Source: Dongshaea marina
GTDB taxonomy: Bacteria; Pseudomonadota; Gammaproteobacteria; Enterobacterales; Aeromonadaceae
Reading direction: 5' to 3'
Length of the DNA stretch: 40,000 nucleotides
NCBI RefSeq assembly: GCF_003072645.1
Contig: NZ_CP028897.1
Span: 655,658 to 695,657 of the forward strand
Positions 26,966 to 36,186 of the stretch are shown piece after piece. Position 1 is the first letter of the stretch, and the number at the start of each line of letters is the position of its first letter. The notes beneath the pieces are model-generated. The model did not search any database. It was not told the DNA's origin and was given only the letters and a program-made list of their open reading frames with translations. The translations under genes were made by a program, and so were the position numbers.

Positions 26966-27514
26966 ATGAACCGGTTTGTTTTTGCAGATCCAAATTTGTG
27001 TATTGGGTGTCGAACCTGTGAAGTCACTTGTGTGATCTCACACCAGGAAGACAGCTCACTGGCTGGCTTAGATCCATCAGATTTTTCACCACGCTTGTCG
27101 CTGGTGCAAAATGCTCAGACGACAACACCTATCATGTGTCGCCAGTGTGATGATGCTCCCTGTGCTCAGGTTTGCCCTAATAACGCTATCATCCATGAGG
27201 ATAATCAGGTTAAAGTGATTCAGTCACGCTGTATTGGCTGTAAGACCTGTGTCATTGCCTGTCCTTATGGTGCGATGAATGTTGTGACTAAAATGGTTGA
27301 GGACGAGAAGGCGACAGGGCTGTTTAAGCGCCGTGTTCCTGTGTCTCAGGCATTGAAATGTGATTTGTGTAATCACCGTGCAGAGGGACCCGCTTGTATG
27401 CAGGTTTGTCCGACTAGCGCGATCAAGATCATTGAACCAGAAACCTTGAATGAAACCAGCAGACAGAAGCGAGAAGCGGCGGCACTGAGTGCTTCGCTGA
27501 TCCCATCTCTCTGA
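26966..27514 (+). CDS. hydN: electron-transfer 4Fe-4S protein HydN
   Basis: ATG 26966 with AAGGGA upstream. MNRFVFADPNLCIGCRTCEVTCV...CRQCDDAPCAQVCP...CIGCKTCVIACPYGAM...KCDLCNHRAEGPACMQVCP parallels E. coli HydN. The ORF-track start 26777 spans the terminator and promoter. Confidence 0.9.
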   Translation: MNRFVFADPNLCIGCRTCEVTCVISHQEDSSLAGLDPSDFSPRLSLVQNAQTTTPIMCRQCDDAPCAQVCPNNAIIHEDNQVKVIQSRCIGCKTCVIACPYGAMNVVTKMVEDEKATGLFKRRVPVSQALKCDLCNHRAEGPACMQVCPTSAIKIIEPETLNETSRQKREAAALSASLIPSL

Positions 27515-27539
27515 TTTAACAACTATTCGACAGATTGCT

Positions 27540-29684
27540 ATGAAAAAAATCACAACTGTTTGCCCCTATTGTGGAACGGGGTGCAAACTGAAGTTGGTTG
27601 TCGAGAATGACAAGGTGGTGGCTGCGGAGCCTGCGAATGGCCGCACCAATGAAAGCCAGCTTTGTCTTAAAGGCTATTATGGCTGGGACTTTCTCAACGA
27701 TACCAACTTACTGACTCCACGCCTAAAACAGCCGATGATTCGTCGCACCAAGGATTCCGCTCTTGAAGCTGTCTCCTGGGATGAAGCATTGGACTTCACC
27801 GCGAATAAACTGAAGGCGATCAAAGATAAGCATGGTCCGGACGCCATTATCACCACAGGCTCTGCCCGTGGACCCGGTAATGAAGCCAACTATGTGATGC
27901 AAAAACTCACGAGGGCGGTCTTCGGGACCAATAACGTCGATCACTGCGCTAGGGTGTGACACGCTCCCTCAGTCTCCGGTCTGGAGACAACAGTAGGTAA
28001 TGGTGCCATGAGTAACGCCATTCCCGAAATTCAAGATACGAAATGCTTACTCATATTCGGTTACAACGCGGCTGACTCTCACCCGGTTGTAGCAAGACAC
28101 ATTCTGAAAGCACGCGCTAAGGGTGCCAAAGTTATTGTTTGTGACCCACGTAAGATTGAAACTGCGCGGGTTGCGGATCAGTGGCTGGCCCTGAAAAACG
28201 GCTCTAACATGGCCGTGGTTAATGCGCTGGCGAATGTCCTGATCGAAGAGAACCTCTACGACAAGGCGTATGTACAACAAAATGTGGAAGGCTTTGAAGA
28301 GTTCCGCAAGGTTGTAGAAAAGTATACTCCTGAGTCGGTTGAGGAGATCACCGGACTGAAGGCCGATGAGATCCGTCAGGCTGCCCGTACCTATGCCGAG
28401 GCATCTGAAGCGATGATCCTGTGGGGCATGGGTGTGACCCAGTATGGTCAGGCGGTTGACGTGGTGCGTGGCTTGGCGGGTCTTGCCCTGCTGACCGGTA
28501 ACTTTGGCCGTCGTGGCGTGGGTTGTGGTCCGGTTCGTGGCCAGAACAACGTTCAGGGTACCTGTGACATGGGTATGCTGCCTAATGTCTATCCTGGCTA
28601 CCAGTCGGTTGAGGATGATGCGGTTCGCGAGAAGTTTGAAAAAGCCTGGGGCGTTAAACTTTCTGCGAAGCCGGGCTACAAGCTGACCGAGATCACTCAC
28701 AAGGTGGAAGAGGGTAAGTGTAAGGCCTTCTACATCTTTGGTGAGGATCCGGCTCAGACAGAAGCCGATCTGAACGAGCTGCGTGAAACCCTGCGTAAGA
28801 TGGAGCTGGTAATTGTTCAGGATATCTTCATGACTCAGACTGCTGAGTTTGCGGATGTAATCTTCCCGGCGACCAGCTGGGGTGAACATGAAGGCGTTTA
28901 CAGCTCTGCGGACCGTGGTTTCCAGCGCTTTAGCAAGGCGGTGACTCCACCACCGAATGTGAAGCCTGACTGGGAGATCTTCTGCCTGCTGGCTCAGAAA
29001 CTGGGTTACCAGATGTCCTACAACAACACCCAGGAGATCTGGGATGAGTTGCGGGGTCTGTGTCCTAAGTATGCAGGTGCGTCCTACGAGAAGATGGAAG
29101 GCTTGAAATCGGTTCAGTGGCCATGCCCAACCGACGATCATCCGGGAACCTCCTTCCTGTTTGAAGGAAACAAGTTCACCACTCCATCGGGTAAGGGACA
29201 GCTGATCGCCGCCGACTGGCGTCCACCGCATGAGCAGCCGGATGAGGAGTATCCTCTGGTGCTGTCTACCGTGCGTGAAGTGGGTCACTACTCCTGCCGC
29301 TCGATGACGGGTAACTGTGCCGCGCTACAGACTCTGGCCGATGAGCCGGGTTATGTGCAGATCCATCCTGATGATGGTAAGGCTCTGGGTGTTGAGGATC
29401 AGCAGTTGGTCTGGATCTCCTCGCGCCGCGGTAAGGTTATCACGCGTGCGAACTTTAATGACCGGGTGAACAAGGGTGTGGTTTACATGACCTATCAATG
29501 GTGGATCGGTGCTTGTAACGAGCTGACCATTGAGCATGTGGATCCTATCTCTAAGACCCCTGAGTATAAGTTCTGTGCGGTGAAAATCGAGCAGATTGAA
29601 GATCAGGCTTCGGCTGAAAATTACGTACAGACAGAGTACAGTGATATGAAACGTCGCCTGAAGAATCATGTAGCGAACGCATAA
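27540..29684 (+). CDS. fdhF: formate dehydrogenase H, selenocysteine-containing (UGA at codon 140 read as Sec)
   Basis: ORFs 27540-27959 and 28008-29684 are in the same frame, separated only by TGA 27957-27959. The context VDHCARV-U-HAPSVSGLETTVGNGAMSNAI equals the FdhH Sec140 site. N-terminal CPYCGTGC 4Fe-4S motif. 714 codons. Confidence 0.95.
27960..27992 (+). promoter_or_regulatory. bacterial SECIS element of fdhF
   Basis: 11 nt after UGA comes the hairpin GUCUCC-GGUCU-GGAGAC (27972-27988). Spacing and the GGUCU apical loop match the E. coli fdhF SECIS as recalled. Confidence 0.85.
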
Positions 29685-29689
29685 CATTT

Positions 29690-29724
29690 AAGGCTTCCCC
29701 TGCTCAGGGGAAGCCTTCTTTCCT
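29690..29724 (+). terminator. rho-independent terminator of fdhF
   Basis: AAGGCTTCCCCTG-CT-CAGGGGAAGCCTT followed by CTTTCCTT. Confidence 0.85.
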
Positions 29725-30355
29725 TCCTGTAGCTTCCTATGTCCCACTCTTTCCCAAAGAGTTTTTCACACTGATACTGAATCCACCACCTGCAAACCCG
29801 ATTTATTTCTCGCTGTTTCTTGTTATGTTTTTGCATTTATCTATGCATCATAGATGTTCGACCGGATAAAGCTCAGAGTTATCTGTGTTCTTATATCCAA
29901 CGGCGAGCAATATCAATACATCATGCTACCCTAAGGTCATTTAATTGACAGGTGATTTATAAATTTATTGCTTAGTCATTAATATATGCATTTGTTTTAT
30001 ATTAACTTTATCTTTAAAGTTAATTAACCTGCGTAAGGATAATTACTTTATATTCTTCATGTTTATGATGAAGTATTTCGATTTTTAATCCAGTATGACT
30101 AAATATTTTATATGTTACATCGGTAACAATTAATATTTTGTTTCTGTGTTGATTCATTTTAAATGTCTGTGTTATAAATCTGCCCCGTTGAATTATTAGT
30201 AATAATGCGCCGGCGTTGTCTTTTCATATGTCAGTTCATGTTTTAGAAAGTAAGTTTATCGCTATTGAATTGTAATAAAACTATCGAAACAGCGCGTGGG
30301 ATAAACTTATCTTAGCTAATTTATATATTTTTATTAATCTATAGGGGAACATCAA

Positions 30356-31621
30356 GTGAAAAACAGGTGGCTTTTAGCCTTTTGCGCAGTGGGTATTCAT
30401 ATTTCAATTGGCTCTATCTATGCCTGGAGCCAAATTGCAGTTGCGATAAAAAATCAACCTCAGTGCAACTGGGGATTAGGGGATATAACTGTAACCTTCT
30501 CCATTGCGATCTGCTGCCTTGGATTAGCTGCGGCATTCATGGGACGGATCGTTGAGAGCAGGGGACCAAAGTTCACGGGTCTGTTATCTGCAATCTTGTT
30601 CGGAATCGGTCTGATAGGTGCCGGGTTTGCACTCAGATCTCATAATCTGTGGGCTCTGTACCTGACCTATGGGGTGATTGGTGGAGCGGGGATCGGTCTG
30701 GGATATATCACCCCGGTTTCGACCCTGCTGAAGTGGTTTCCGGACAAGCGCGGGCTGGCAATGGGCCTGACGGTGATGGGTTTTGGATTCGGTGCCGTCA
30801 TTGAGATTTTTGTATTGCGCAGCGTCCTGCCTGCCTTCGGGATCACCGATATCGCCAGCCAGCTGATGTGGCTTGGGGTCATCTATTTTGTGCTGATCTT
30901 TATCTCTTCGCGCTTTTTAGCGGCTCCACCGAAAGAGTGGACTGTGCCATGCAAGGCCGGTGGTAAATCAAAATCGATCAAGCCAGATCTGGAAAATATC
31001 AAGGCGATCGATGCGCTCAGACGTCCGCGTTTTTACTACCTGTGGCTGATGCTGTTCATCAATGTTTGTTGTGGGATTGCCTTGATCTCGGTTGCTAAGT
31101 TTATGGGGCGGGATGTCATAGGGCTCTCCATGGGGGCCGCCGCCGCCATGGTAATGATCATGAGCATCTTCAACGGGGTAGGGCGTTTCTTCTGGGCATC
31201 TGTCTCTGACTATCTGAGCAGACCATGGGTCTATTCACTGTTTTTTGTGATCCAGCTGGTCTGTTTCTATACCCTGACCAAGACCCATAATCCCTGGGTG
31301 TTCCAGCTTGCGGTATTTATTGTTCTGTCCTGCTATGGTGGTGGATTCTCGCTGGTTCCGGCCTATATAGGTGATATTTTCGGTACCCGCCAGGCGGGGG
31401 TGATTCATGGTTATATCCTGACCGCCTGGGCCGCGGCTGGTCTGGTGGGGCCTATTCTGATCGCCTATACCCGCCAGTTCACCGGAAGCTACTATGATGC
31501 ACTCTATGCCTTCATGGGGCTGCTGGTTATCGCGTTCCTGATCTCGCTGCGGATGCGCCACAGCATGAAAAAGTCCCGTGCCAGTCTTGCGGGAAGCAGC
31601 TCCCGGTTGACCCAAAGCTAG
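30356..31621 (+). CDS. MFS transporter, oxalate/formate antiporter (OFA, YhjX-like) family
   Basis: GTG start with a GGGGAA RBS. 421 aa and about 12 TMs. GIHISIGSIYAWS, GYITPVSTLLKWFPDKRGLAMGL typical of the OFA family. Confidence 0.8.
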   Translation: MKNRWLLAFCAVGIHISIGSIYAWSQIAVAIKNQPQCNWGLGDITVTFSIAICCLGLAAAFMGRIVESRGPKFTGLLSAILFGIGLIGAGFALRSHNLWALYLTYGVIGGAGIGLGYITPVSTLLKWFPDKRGLAMGLTVMGFGFGAVIEIFVLRSVLPAFGITDIASQLMWLGVIYFVLIFISSRFLAAPPKEWTVPCKAGGKSKSIKPDLENIKAIDALRRPRFYYLWLMLFINVCCGIALISVAKFMGRDVIGLSMGAAAAMVMIMSIFNGVGRFFWASVSDYLSRPWVYSLFFVIQLVCFYTLTKTHNPWVFQLAVFIVLSCYGGGFSLVPAYIGDIFGTRQAGVIHGYILTAWAAAGLVGPILIAYTRQFTGSYYDALYAFMGLLVIAFLISLRMRHSMKKSRASLAGSSSRLTQS

Positions 31622-31835
31622 TGGAGCGCCAGCGCTAGCGAGTCTGATTTTTCCGTAGCGATCGAACCGATCGTTACGGAACTTCCCATTTATGACGGAA
31701 GTTACACCCCCTGGTGATCCGGGTTGAGCCTTTGGATTTGCCCTGTTATCAATTTTTGATTCAACTTGTGTCGGCCCCACCCCCTGGGGTAACATGTTGC
31801 GCCTTAGGCTAAAGTTTGAGCTGCACAGGCCTGTT

Positions 31836-31857
31836 CTGTGTGAGATTGTTCACAGAT
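31836..31857 (+). promoter_or_regulatory. CRP binding site upstream of fhlA
   Basis: TGTGA-GATTGT-TCACA (31839-31854), both consensus half-sites perfect. Centre about 74 bp before the fhlA ATG. Confidence 0.6.
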
Positions 31858-31920
31858 ATTAAACGAGCCTATCGTTTTTTGTTGTTTTTTTGTATTTAAC
31901 TCCGAAGAGATGCCTCGACT

Positions 31921-34005
31921 ATGGAACGCTTTGAAAGTGATTTGATGAGTTTTTCAAAAGCACTGCTATCGATTAATGATATCTCTGGTCTGATGACTTT
32001 TCTAAATGATGATAACCTCTCTTTTATTCAGGTAGATAGAGTTAACATTATTTTGAAAAGTGATCTCAACACTTTTCCAACCCTCTATCATTTGGATGAA
32101 AATAAACAACTACAGCGTTATGAATATAATGCCGATGGAATGCCTCTGCATAGTGTTGCGAATGATGATTACACCCATAAAATAGAGGGTGAGGCTCTCT
32201 ACCTGAGTTACCCTCAATTAATAAATCATCCTGCTTATATCGATGTGAACAGTTATTATAAGGTTCCATTGACGACCGCAAATCAACAACTCGGCGCCAT
32301 AGAATTCATCAATATTCAACAGAGTAGTGAGGGGATTCAGGAGAAAAAACTTAAGCTATTCAATAACATGATAGCAACCATGGTGGAGCATATCATTGAG
32401 CATGAGCTGGCTTCAAATGCAGCCCAGCAATTGAATAATGAGCGTAAGAATTTTCAGGTGTTGGTTGATGTTACTAATGCAGTGATCAGTAAAAGTACCA
32501 AGAAAGATCTGATTACATCTTTGTTGAAATTTATCTATCAGCACTTTGGGATGAGAGACCTGTCCATCATTCAGGTTCATGAAGGACATTATAATCAGCA
32601 CTCCTGTAGTTATAGCGGTGGTAATATCGATTATCACAGTCACTTTTTTACCAATGCTCAATCGATCAAGCAGGTGATTGAAAATAAAAAGCCGCTGTTT
32701 TTGGATGAAGACTCAATTCGTGGGTTAAGCTTTGAAACCAACGCTCCCTTCTTTCCTTCTGAGGTAAAGAGTGCCTGTGTTGTGCCTATGGTTTTTCGTA
32801 GTGGAACCGTCGGCTATATCTGTTATATGCAGCGCCAGGAGCGCACATTTTTGCCCGATGATGTGGTGCTGTTCGGCCAGATTGCTGCCAGGGTCGCGCT
32901 GGCGATGCATAGCCTCAAGGTGCATGAAGCCAGATCTAAAACCAGAGCGGGTGGTAAGTATATCAGTATTGAAGATAGCTATATGGAGCATGCTATTTTT
33001 GATGACATCATCAGCCAGAGTGAGGCGATGAACCAGGTTCTGGATCAGGTGACTATGGTCGCTGACTGTGACAGCACAGTGCTGATCCTCGGTGAGTCGG
33101 GTACGGGTAAGGAGCTGATTGCCCAGGCGATTCACAAGATGAGTCGGCGCAGTGGTACCCGGATGGTCAAGATGAACTGTGCAGCGGTTCCAGCGGGACT
33201 CTTTGAAAGTGAGCTGTTTGGCCATGAGCGCGGTGCTTTTACCGGAGCGATCAGTAAGCGGGTGGGGCGCTTTGAAGAGGCCCATAAGGGGACTTTGTTT
33301 CTCGATGAGATTGGCGATATGCCCCTTGAGCTGCAGCCTAAGCTGCTCAGGGCTTTGCAGGAAAATGAGATTGAGCGGGTGGGTAAGAATCAGCAGATCT
33401 CGGTTGATGTACGGATCGTGGTGGCAACCAATGCTGATTTGGACTCTATGGTTGAGTCCAAAGCTTTTCGCAGCGATCTCTATTACCGCTTAAATGTGTT
33501 CCCTATCCTGATCCCCCCCCTGCGGGAGCGCCCCGAGGATATCCCTCTGCTGGTGAAGCATTTTACCCGGGTGATCTCCAAAAAGATGGGGAAGAATATT
33601 ACCGATATCACGGTTGAGGCGATGGATGTGCTGAGCCGCTGTGCCTGGCCGGGGAATGTCCGTCAGCTGCGTAACTTCATCGAGCGTTCAGTGATCCTGA
33701 CCCGGGGTCAGGTGCTCAATGTTCCTGTCGCTGAACTTCAGGGCCAGGGGACGCGGCCAACCCGCCAGACGGCTGAGCCGATATTTGAGGTCGAGCCTGC
33801 TCCCAAGCCGGTGGCGACCGATAACGGCTTTGATCGTGACGCTATTATCGATGCGCTGCGCCGCAGTAACGGGATCATCTCGGGACCGCGGGGCGCCGCA
33901 ACCAAGCTCGGGCTCAAGCGTACCACTCTTTTATCCCGGATGCAGAAGATGGGGATCAAGAGCCAGGACTACCTTGAGGAGGCCGACGAAGAGAACTTCG
34001 CCTGA
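31921..34005 (+). CDS. fhlA: formate hydrogenlyase transcriptional activator (sigma-54-dependent, GAF-AAA+-HTH)
   Basis: 694 aa. [19 protein letters not shown] (compare E. coli CRERDNFRILVAITNAVLS), [35 protein letters not shown]-terminal [22 protein letters not shown]. Confidence 0.92.
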   Translation: MERFESDLMSFSKALLSINDISGLMTFLNDDNLSFIQVDRVNIILKSDLNTFPTLYHLDENKQLQRYEYNADGMPLHSVANDDYTHKIEGEALYLSYPQLINHPAYIDVNSYYKVPLTTANQQLGAIEFINIQQSSEGIQEKKLKLFNNMIATMVEHIIEHELASNAAQQLNNERKNFQVLVDVTNAVISKSTKKDLITSLLKFIYQHFGMRDLSIIQVHEGHYNQHSCSYSGGNIDYHSHFFTNAQSIKQVIENKKPLFLDEDSIRGLSFETNAPFFPSEVKSACVVPMVFRSGTVGYICYMQRQERTFLPDDVVLFGQIAARVALAMHSLKVHEARSKTRAGGKYISIEDSYMEHAIFDDIISQSEAMNQVLDQVTMVADCDSTVLILGESGTGKELIAQAIHKMSRRSGTRMVKMNCAAVPAGLFESELFGHERGAFTGAISKRVGRFEEAHKGTLFLDEIGDMPLELQPKLLRALQENEIERVGKNQQISVDVRIVVATNADLDSMVESKAFRSDLYYRLNVFPILIPPLRERPEDIPLLVKHFTRVISKKMGKNITDITVEAMDVLSRCAWPGNVRQLRNFIERSVILTRGQVLNVPVAELQGQGTRPTRQTAEPIFEVEPAPKPVATDNGFDRDAIIDALRRSNGIISGPRGAATKLGLKRTTLLSRMQKMGIKSQDYLEEADEENFA

Positions 34006-34011
34006 TTTTCC

Positions 34012-34044
34012 GCCGGAGGCTCACTAAGCCTCCGGCTTTCCTTT
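34012..34044 (+). terminator. rho-independent terminator of fhlA
   Basis: GCCGGAGGCT-CACTA-AGCCTCCGGC followed by TTTCCTTT. Confidence 0.85.
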
Positions 34045-34049
34045 ACCAG

Positions 34050-34440
34050 TAGCTGACTTTTCATTGTGCTTCGCACGGCTAAATTGCAGCTGCGCAGCAT
34101 GATTGTCGGGGTGCCGGCAGCACATTACTTTTGTACCGCCAAAAGTAATCAAAAGCTCCCTTCGCGCTGCGAGTCCCTCCGCAGCTCGATGATGACCATC
34201 CTTGGTCATCTATCCCAGTTCAGCTTCCTGCTTCTCGTTCCATTACCCTTGGGGTAATTTCACCCTATCTCACGTTACGTTGCTCTGGGAGCAACTTCCC
34301 CCCTCCGAAGAGCTGAGGGGTGTACTCGCAGCATCCATGCTGCTCCACTTCAAATCACTTTATGATTTTTCGGCACGAATCAAAGGGGGCTCTAAAACTA
34401 CCTCTTCGATTTAGTTTTGGTGACTTTTTCGAGCAAAGCA
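34050..34440 (-). ncRNA. candidate GGA-loop hairpin-array RNA (unit C-left)
   Basis: Hand count on the plus strand: 11 TCC versus 1 GGA. Minus-strand hairpins GAUGACCA-AGGA-UGGUCAUC (34191-34210), GCAGC-AUGGAU-GCUGC (34328-34343), GCUGCGGAGGGACUCGCAGC (34166-34185). Further GGA in AAUGGAAC, GCAGGAAGC, CUGGGAU, AAGGGAG. Confidence 0.4.
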
Positions 34441-34790
34441 GGAAGCTTCAAGCTGTAATACCGAATCAAATCGAAGAGAGGAAGTTAACCCCCGTGAGCG
34501 AGCGCCGAGGCGAGCCGTAGAAGATTCAGGTCGAATCACATGGATGTGATGAGAGCTTAGCCGCTACAGGGATGTTGCGTCTAAGCGGTGCCTTAATGCT
34601 CAGGTGAGCCGAGGGTTAAGCGAGATCCGGGGCGCGAGGGGATTGCAAAGGGGAAAGGCGTTTGCCCCTTTGCTCGCTGTCGGGCGATCCCGACAATTAC
34701 TGCAAATCTGCCATCCGCAGGATAAAGATCGACGTAGTTTGACCTGCGGTCAGCTGATTTGTGCCACAGGCACAAAACAGCTGGCTTTTA
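34441..34790 (+). ncRNA. candidate GGA-loop hairpin-array RNA (unit C-right) with terminator
   Basis: 7 GGA versus 3 TCC. Hairpins AUCAC-AUGGAU-GUGAU (34535-34550) and GCUUAGCCGC-UACAGGGAUGUU-GCGUCUAAGC (34555-34586; the loop matches the CsrA SELEX motif ACARGGAUGU), plus GCAAAGGGG...CCCCUUUGC (34645-34673). Ends in a 15-bp stem with a U-rich tail. Confidence 0.45.
34751..34790 (+). terminator. terminator-like hairpin closing unit C-right
   Basis: CAGCTGATTTGTGCC-ACA-GGCACAAAACAGCTG (one mismatch) followed by GCTTTTAGTCGCAATTTTT. Confidence 0.55.
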
Positions 34791-34878
34791 GTCGCAATTT
34801 TTGAGCAATGCTGTTGACTCCCGGGCTATTTTTCGCTGGAAATAGATCATCTGAAAGATAGACTGGAGTCATACGGGC

Positions 34879-35046
34879 ATGGGGAAAATTGTATCGATTG
34901 AATTGAGTGAGATTCACCAGGCATTAATTCAGCGAGCGGCAGAGTTAGCGGGAATGGAGCTTGAAGAGTATGTCCATTATGTCAGTGTTGAGGCTTCCAA
35001 AAAAGTGTTGGGACTGTGTGGTGGTGAACCCGAAGAGCTCGGTTGA
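34879..35046 (+). CDS. short DUF1778/TacA-like (ribbon-helix-helix) antitoxin-like ORF, apparently truncated and orphan
   Basis: 55-aa ORF, below the track cutoff: MGKIVSIELSEIHQALIQRAAELAGMELEEYVHYVSVEASKKVLGLCGGEPEELG. It resembles the N-terminal half of TacA-type antitoxins. No intact GNAT toxin ORF follows. Confidence 0.4.
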   Translation: MGKIVSIELSEIHQALIQRAAELAGMELEEYVHYVSVEASKKVLGLCGGEPEELG

Positions 35047-35427
35047 GGCAATTTGAGAGCGATAACAAGACAAAGGTGCTTTTTAAAAAGTGCGAGCTGG
35101 CAGGGATCCTTTCCCGTTCCTTGTTCTGTGAGACCTGACTAAACAACCAGCTGCCGACCCATACTAAGCGAGAGATGGGCTCACACAAAATGATTTTCCG
35201 CCTGTGCTTCATTTGTAGGGGGATCCCCTTGGCCACTCTTGAGATCACCATTAGGTTGGCAGGGAGCAGCTTCGCTCCTGCCTGAAATGGCTGCTTTTCA
35301 CCCTCTGGGTGTATTCACTGGCATTTACTTCTCTGGGGGATAACACTCATGATGAATAATGCTATGCGGCCTGTCACATACAAACCGGTACTTTTTATTT
35401 CACCATTTATTTGTGTATGTATTGAAA

Positions 35428-35997
35428 ATGGTATCTATGATGAGCATTAAATTATCCAGGTTGGCATCTTTTCCTATTTTGTTTGCGATAGCAGTTTTGG
35501 CAGCGCCGGTTCAGGGGGAGCATCCTGGAAAATATCCGGGTAATCAATTATCCGCTACCTCTGCAGGATTAAATTTCTTAACCTATGTAGATGATGCAAG
35601 ATACTCTCTTTTTGATGGAGATAAGCATGCTGCTAAGTCCTATATAGATGCGGCGATGGAGATTATCAATGATGATAGTATCAGCTGGCATTATATGAGT
35701 GATGGACAACTAAATGGTTATGTTGTGATAGAGAGAACTCATGAGTCCGTGGATGACTTTAAGGTTAAAGAAAAGAAGCCGCCATATAGGAGTGAGGGTG
35801 AGCAGATAAAAGAGACCGGCCATGAGCAGATCAATGACACTGTCTTACTTCCTCTGTCAAAGGTGAAGAGGCTGATTGCTAAGTCTAAAGGGACATTTGA
35901 GCGTCGGGATTACTATAAAACAATGATGCTGCTTAAGGAGATAGAGGGGAGCGTTATCTCAAAAATTACAAAACACGGGAATAGCAAAGATGCATGA
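35428..35997 (+). CDS. secreted protein, YfdX-like
   Basis: Signal peptide SIKLSRLASFPILFAIAVLAAPVQG. DDARYSLFDGDKHAAKSYIDAAMEII resembles the YfdX repeat motif. Start uncertain (35428, 35437 or 35440). Confidence 0.4.
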   Translation: MVSMMSIKLSRLASFPILFAIAVLAAPVQGEHPGKYPGNQLSATSAGLNFLTYVDDARYSLFDGDKHAAKSYIDAAMEIINDDSISWHYMSDGQLNGYVVIERTHESVDDFKVKEKKPPYRSEGEQIKETGHEQINDTVLLPLSKVKRLIAKSKGTFERRDYYKTMMLLKEIEGSVISKITKHGNSKDA

Positions 35998-36186
35998 TTC
36001 TATGAGAGCTGCACCTTGTTAGTGGCCTTGGTTATATTTCAAACCACTGCTGTTCTTTGCTTCGATATGGAAATAGTAATCGAATGGTATCACTCTTGAG
36101 CTCCACCACTGGACTTTCTTTGCTGAAAAACATAGCTCAGTGATGCTAAGGTGGTGACTTGGTTAGTAAATCATCAAGGAGACAAG

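Noticed and set aside
28047-29288. Long antisense ORFs inside well-supported genes. Examples are 28047-29288 (minus, within fdhF), 21221-22189 (within hyfF), 1093-1851 (within deoB), 16628-17296, 18361-18957, 22712-23323 and 12143-12622.
   Set aside because: They lie opposite genes with strong family signatures and have Arg/His/Gln-rich low-complexity translations with no RBS. These are shadow ORFs of GC-biased codon usage.
34050-34790. The hairpin tracts as CRISPR arrays.
   Set aside because: There is no constant direct repeat at regular spacing. Each palindrome has a different stem, only the loop motif recurs, and no cas genes are present.
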